Shown: positions 62,995 through 64,000 of the stretch, piece by piece | Numbering within the stretch: the first letter of the stretch is position 1 | How the letters are laid out: the number at the start of each line of letters is the position of its first letter | DNA from: Macrostomum lignano | Taxonomy: Eukaryota | Direction: 5' to 3' | Length of the DNA: 64,000 bases | Assembly (NCBI GenBank): GCA_002269645.1 | Contig: NIVC01000677.1 | Coordinates: 310,001 to 374,000, forward strand | Made by a program: the position numbers and the translations under genes | The notes under the pieces: generated by a model | Seen by the model: the letters and a program-made list of their open reading frames with translations, nothing else | Databases searched by the model: none | What the model was told of the DNA's origin: nothing

Positions 62995-63935
62995 ACATCA
63001 AAGTGGACATTGGGCCCTCAAGTTAGACTTTAGGGGCGCCAAAGTAGACTGAGGATCCAAAGTAGACATTTCAGGCGCCAAAGTAGACATTATAGGCGCC
63101 AAAGTAGACATTATAAGCGCCAAAGTAGACATTAGAGGCGCCAAAGTAGACATTATAGGCGCCAAAATAGACATTGGAGGCACCAAAGTAGACTAAGGAT
63201 TCAAATTAGACATTGGGGGCGCCAGAGTCGACATAGAGGATCCAAAGTAGACTGAGGATCCAAAGTAGACTGAGGATCCAAAGTAGACATTGGAGGCGCC
63301 AAAATAGACATTGGATCTAAAGTAGCCATTGGGGAGTCAAAGTAGACATTGGGGAGTCAAAGTAGACATCGGGGAGTCAAAGTAGACATCGGGGAGTCAA
63401 AGTAGACATCGGGGAGTCAAAGTAGACATCGTGGAGTCAAAGTAGACATCGGGGAGTCAAAGTAGACATCGGGGAGTCAAAGTAGACATTGGGGAGTCAA
63501 AGTAGACATCGGGGAGTCAAAGTAGACATTGGGGAGTCAAAGTAGACATTGGGGAGTCAAAGTAGACATCGGGGAGTCAAAGTAGACATCAGGGAGTCAA
63601 AGTAGACATCGGGGAGTCAAAGTAGACATTGGGGAGTCAAAGTAGACATCGGGGAGTCAAAGTAGACATTGGGGAGTCAAAGTAGACATTGGGGAGTCAA
63701 AGTAGACATCGGGGAGTCAAAGTAGACATTGGGGAGTCAAAGTAGACATCGGGGAGTCAAAGTAGACATCGGGGAGTCAAAGTAGACATTGGGGAGTCAA
63801 AGTAGACATTGGGGAGTCAAAGTAGACATTGGGGAGTCAAAGTAGACATTGGGGAGTCAAAGTAGACATCGGGGAGTCAAAGTAGACATCGGGGAGTCAA
63901 AGTAGACATTGGGGAGTCAAAGTAGACATTGGGGT
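62995..63935. repeat. Minisatellite changing from 21-bp to 20-bp units
   Basis: AAAGTAGACATTATAGGCGCC units grade into AAAGTAGACAT[C/T]GGGGAGTC units. Confidence 0.95.
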
Positions 63936-64000
63936 AGCCAAAGGAAGCACTGGGATACTACTGCAAAGCGGAGGTCAAGAATTCTGTTCAAAAGCAATCT

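Noticed and set aside
62783-63010. Minus-strand 75-aa ORF
   Set aside because: Antisense shadow of the plus-strand kinase exon.

Overview
Eukaryotic (metazoan) genomic DNA with GC-rich exons, AT-rich introns and intergenic DNA, and very many minisatellites (about 20 arrays). This texture and the gene content fit a flatworm such as Macrostomum (inference only). The left third holds a partial DEG/ENaC channel gene, a CORE-like tRNA-SINE, a decayed Crypton tyrosine-recombinase element, and a compact run of five minus-strand genes: C2H2 zinc finger/chromo-like, PDCD6, NDUFS7, a HAUS2-like coiled-coil gene and FAAH-like. These five genes are separated mostly by tandem arrays and look like a trans-spliced operon. 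The middle holds a decayed LINE interrupted by a hAT MITE, an apparently intact 4.1-kb hAT transposon with a spliced transposase, a six-exon TSC1 gene followed by a 2-kb 30-bp satellite, and tRNA-Pro(CGG). The right part holds two LicD/fukutin-family paralogues (one spliced with an in-frame TAG, one intronless), two fold-back elements, a MARCH-like RING variant, an orphan SLC20 last exon and the first two exons of a NEK-like kinase. The main unexplained patterns are the operon-like cluster and the tendency of minisatellites to start just to the right of exons whatever the gene's strand. All exon joins were derived by hand from GT/AG sites and reading phase; no database searches were run.
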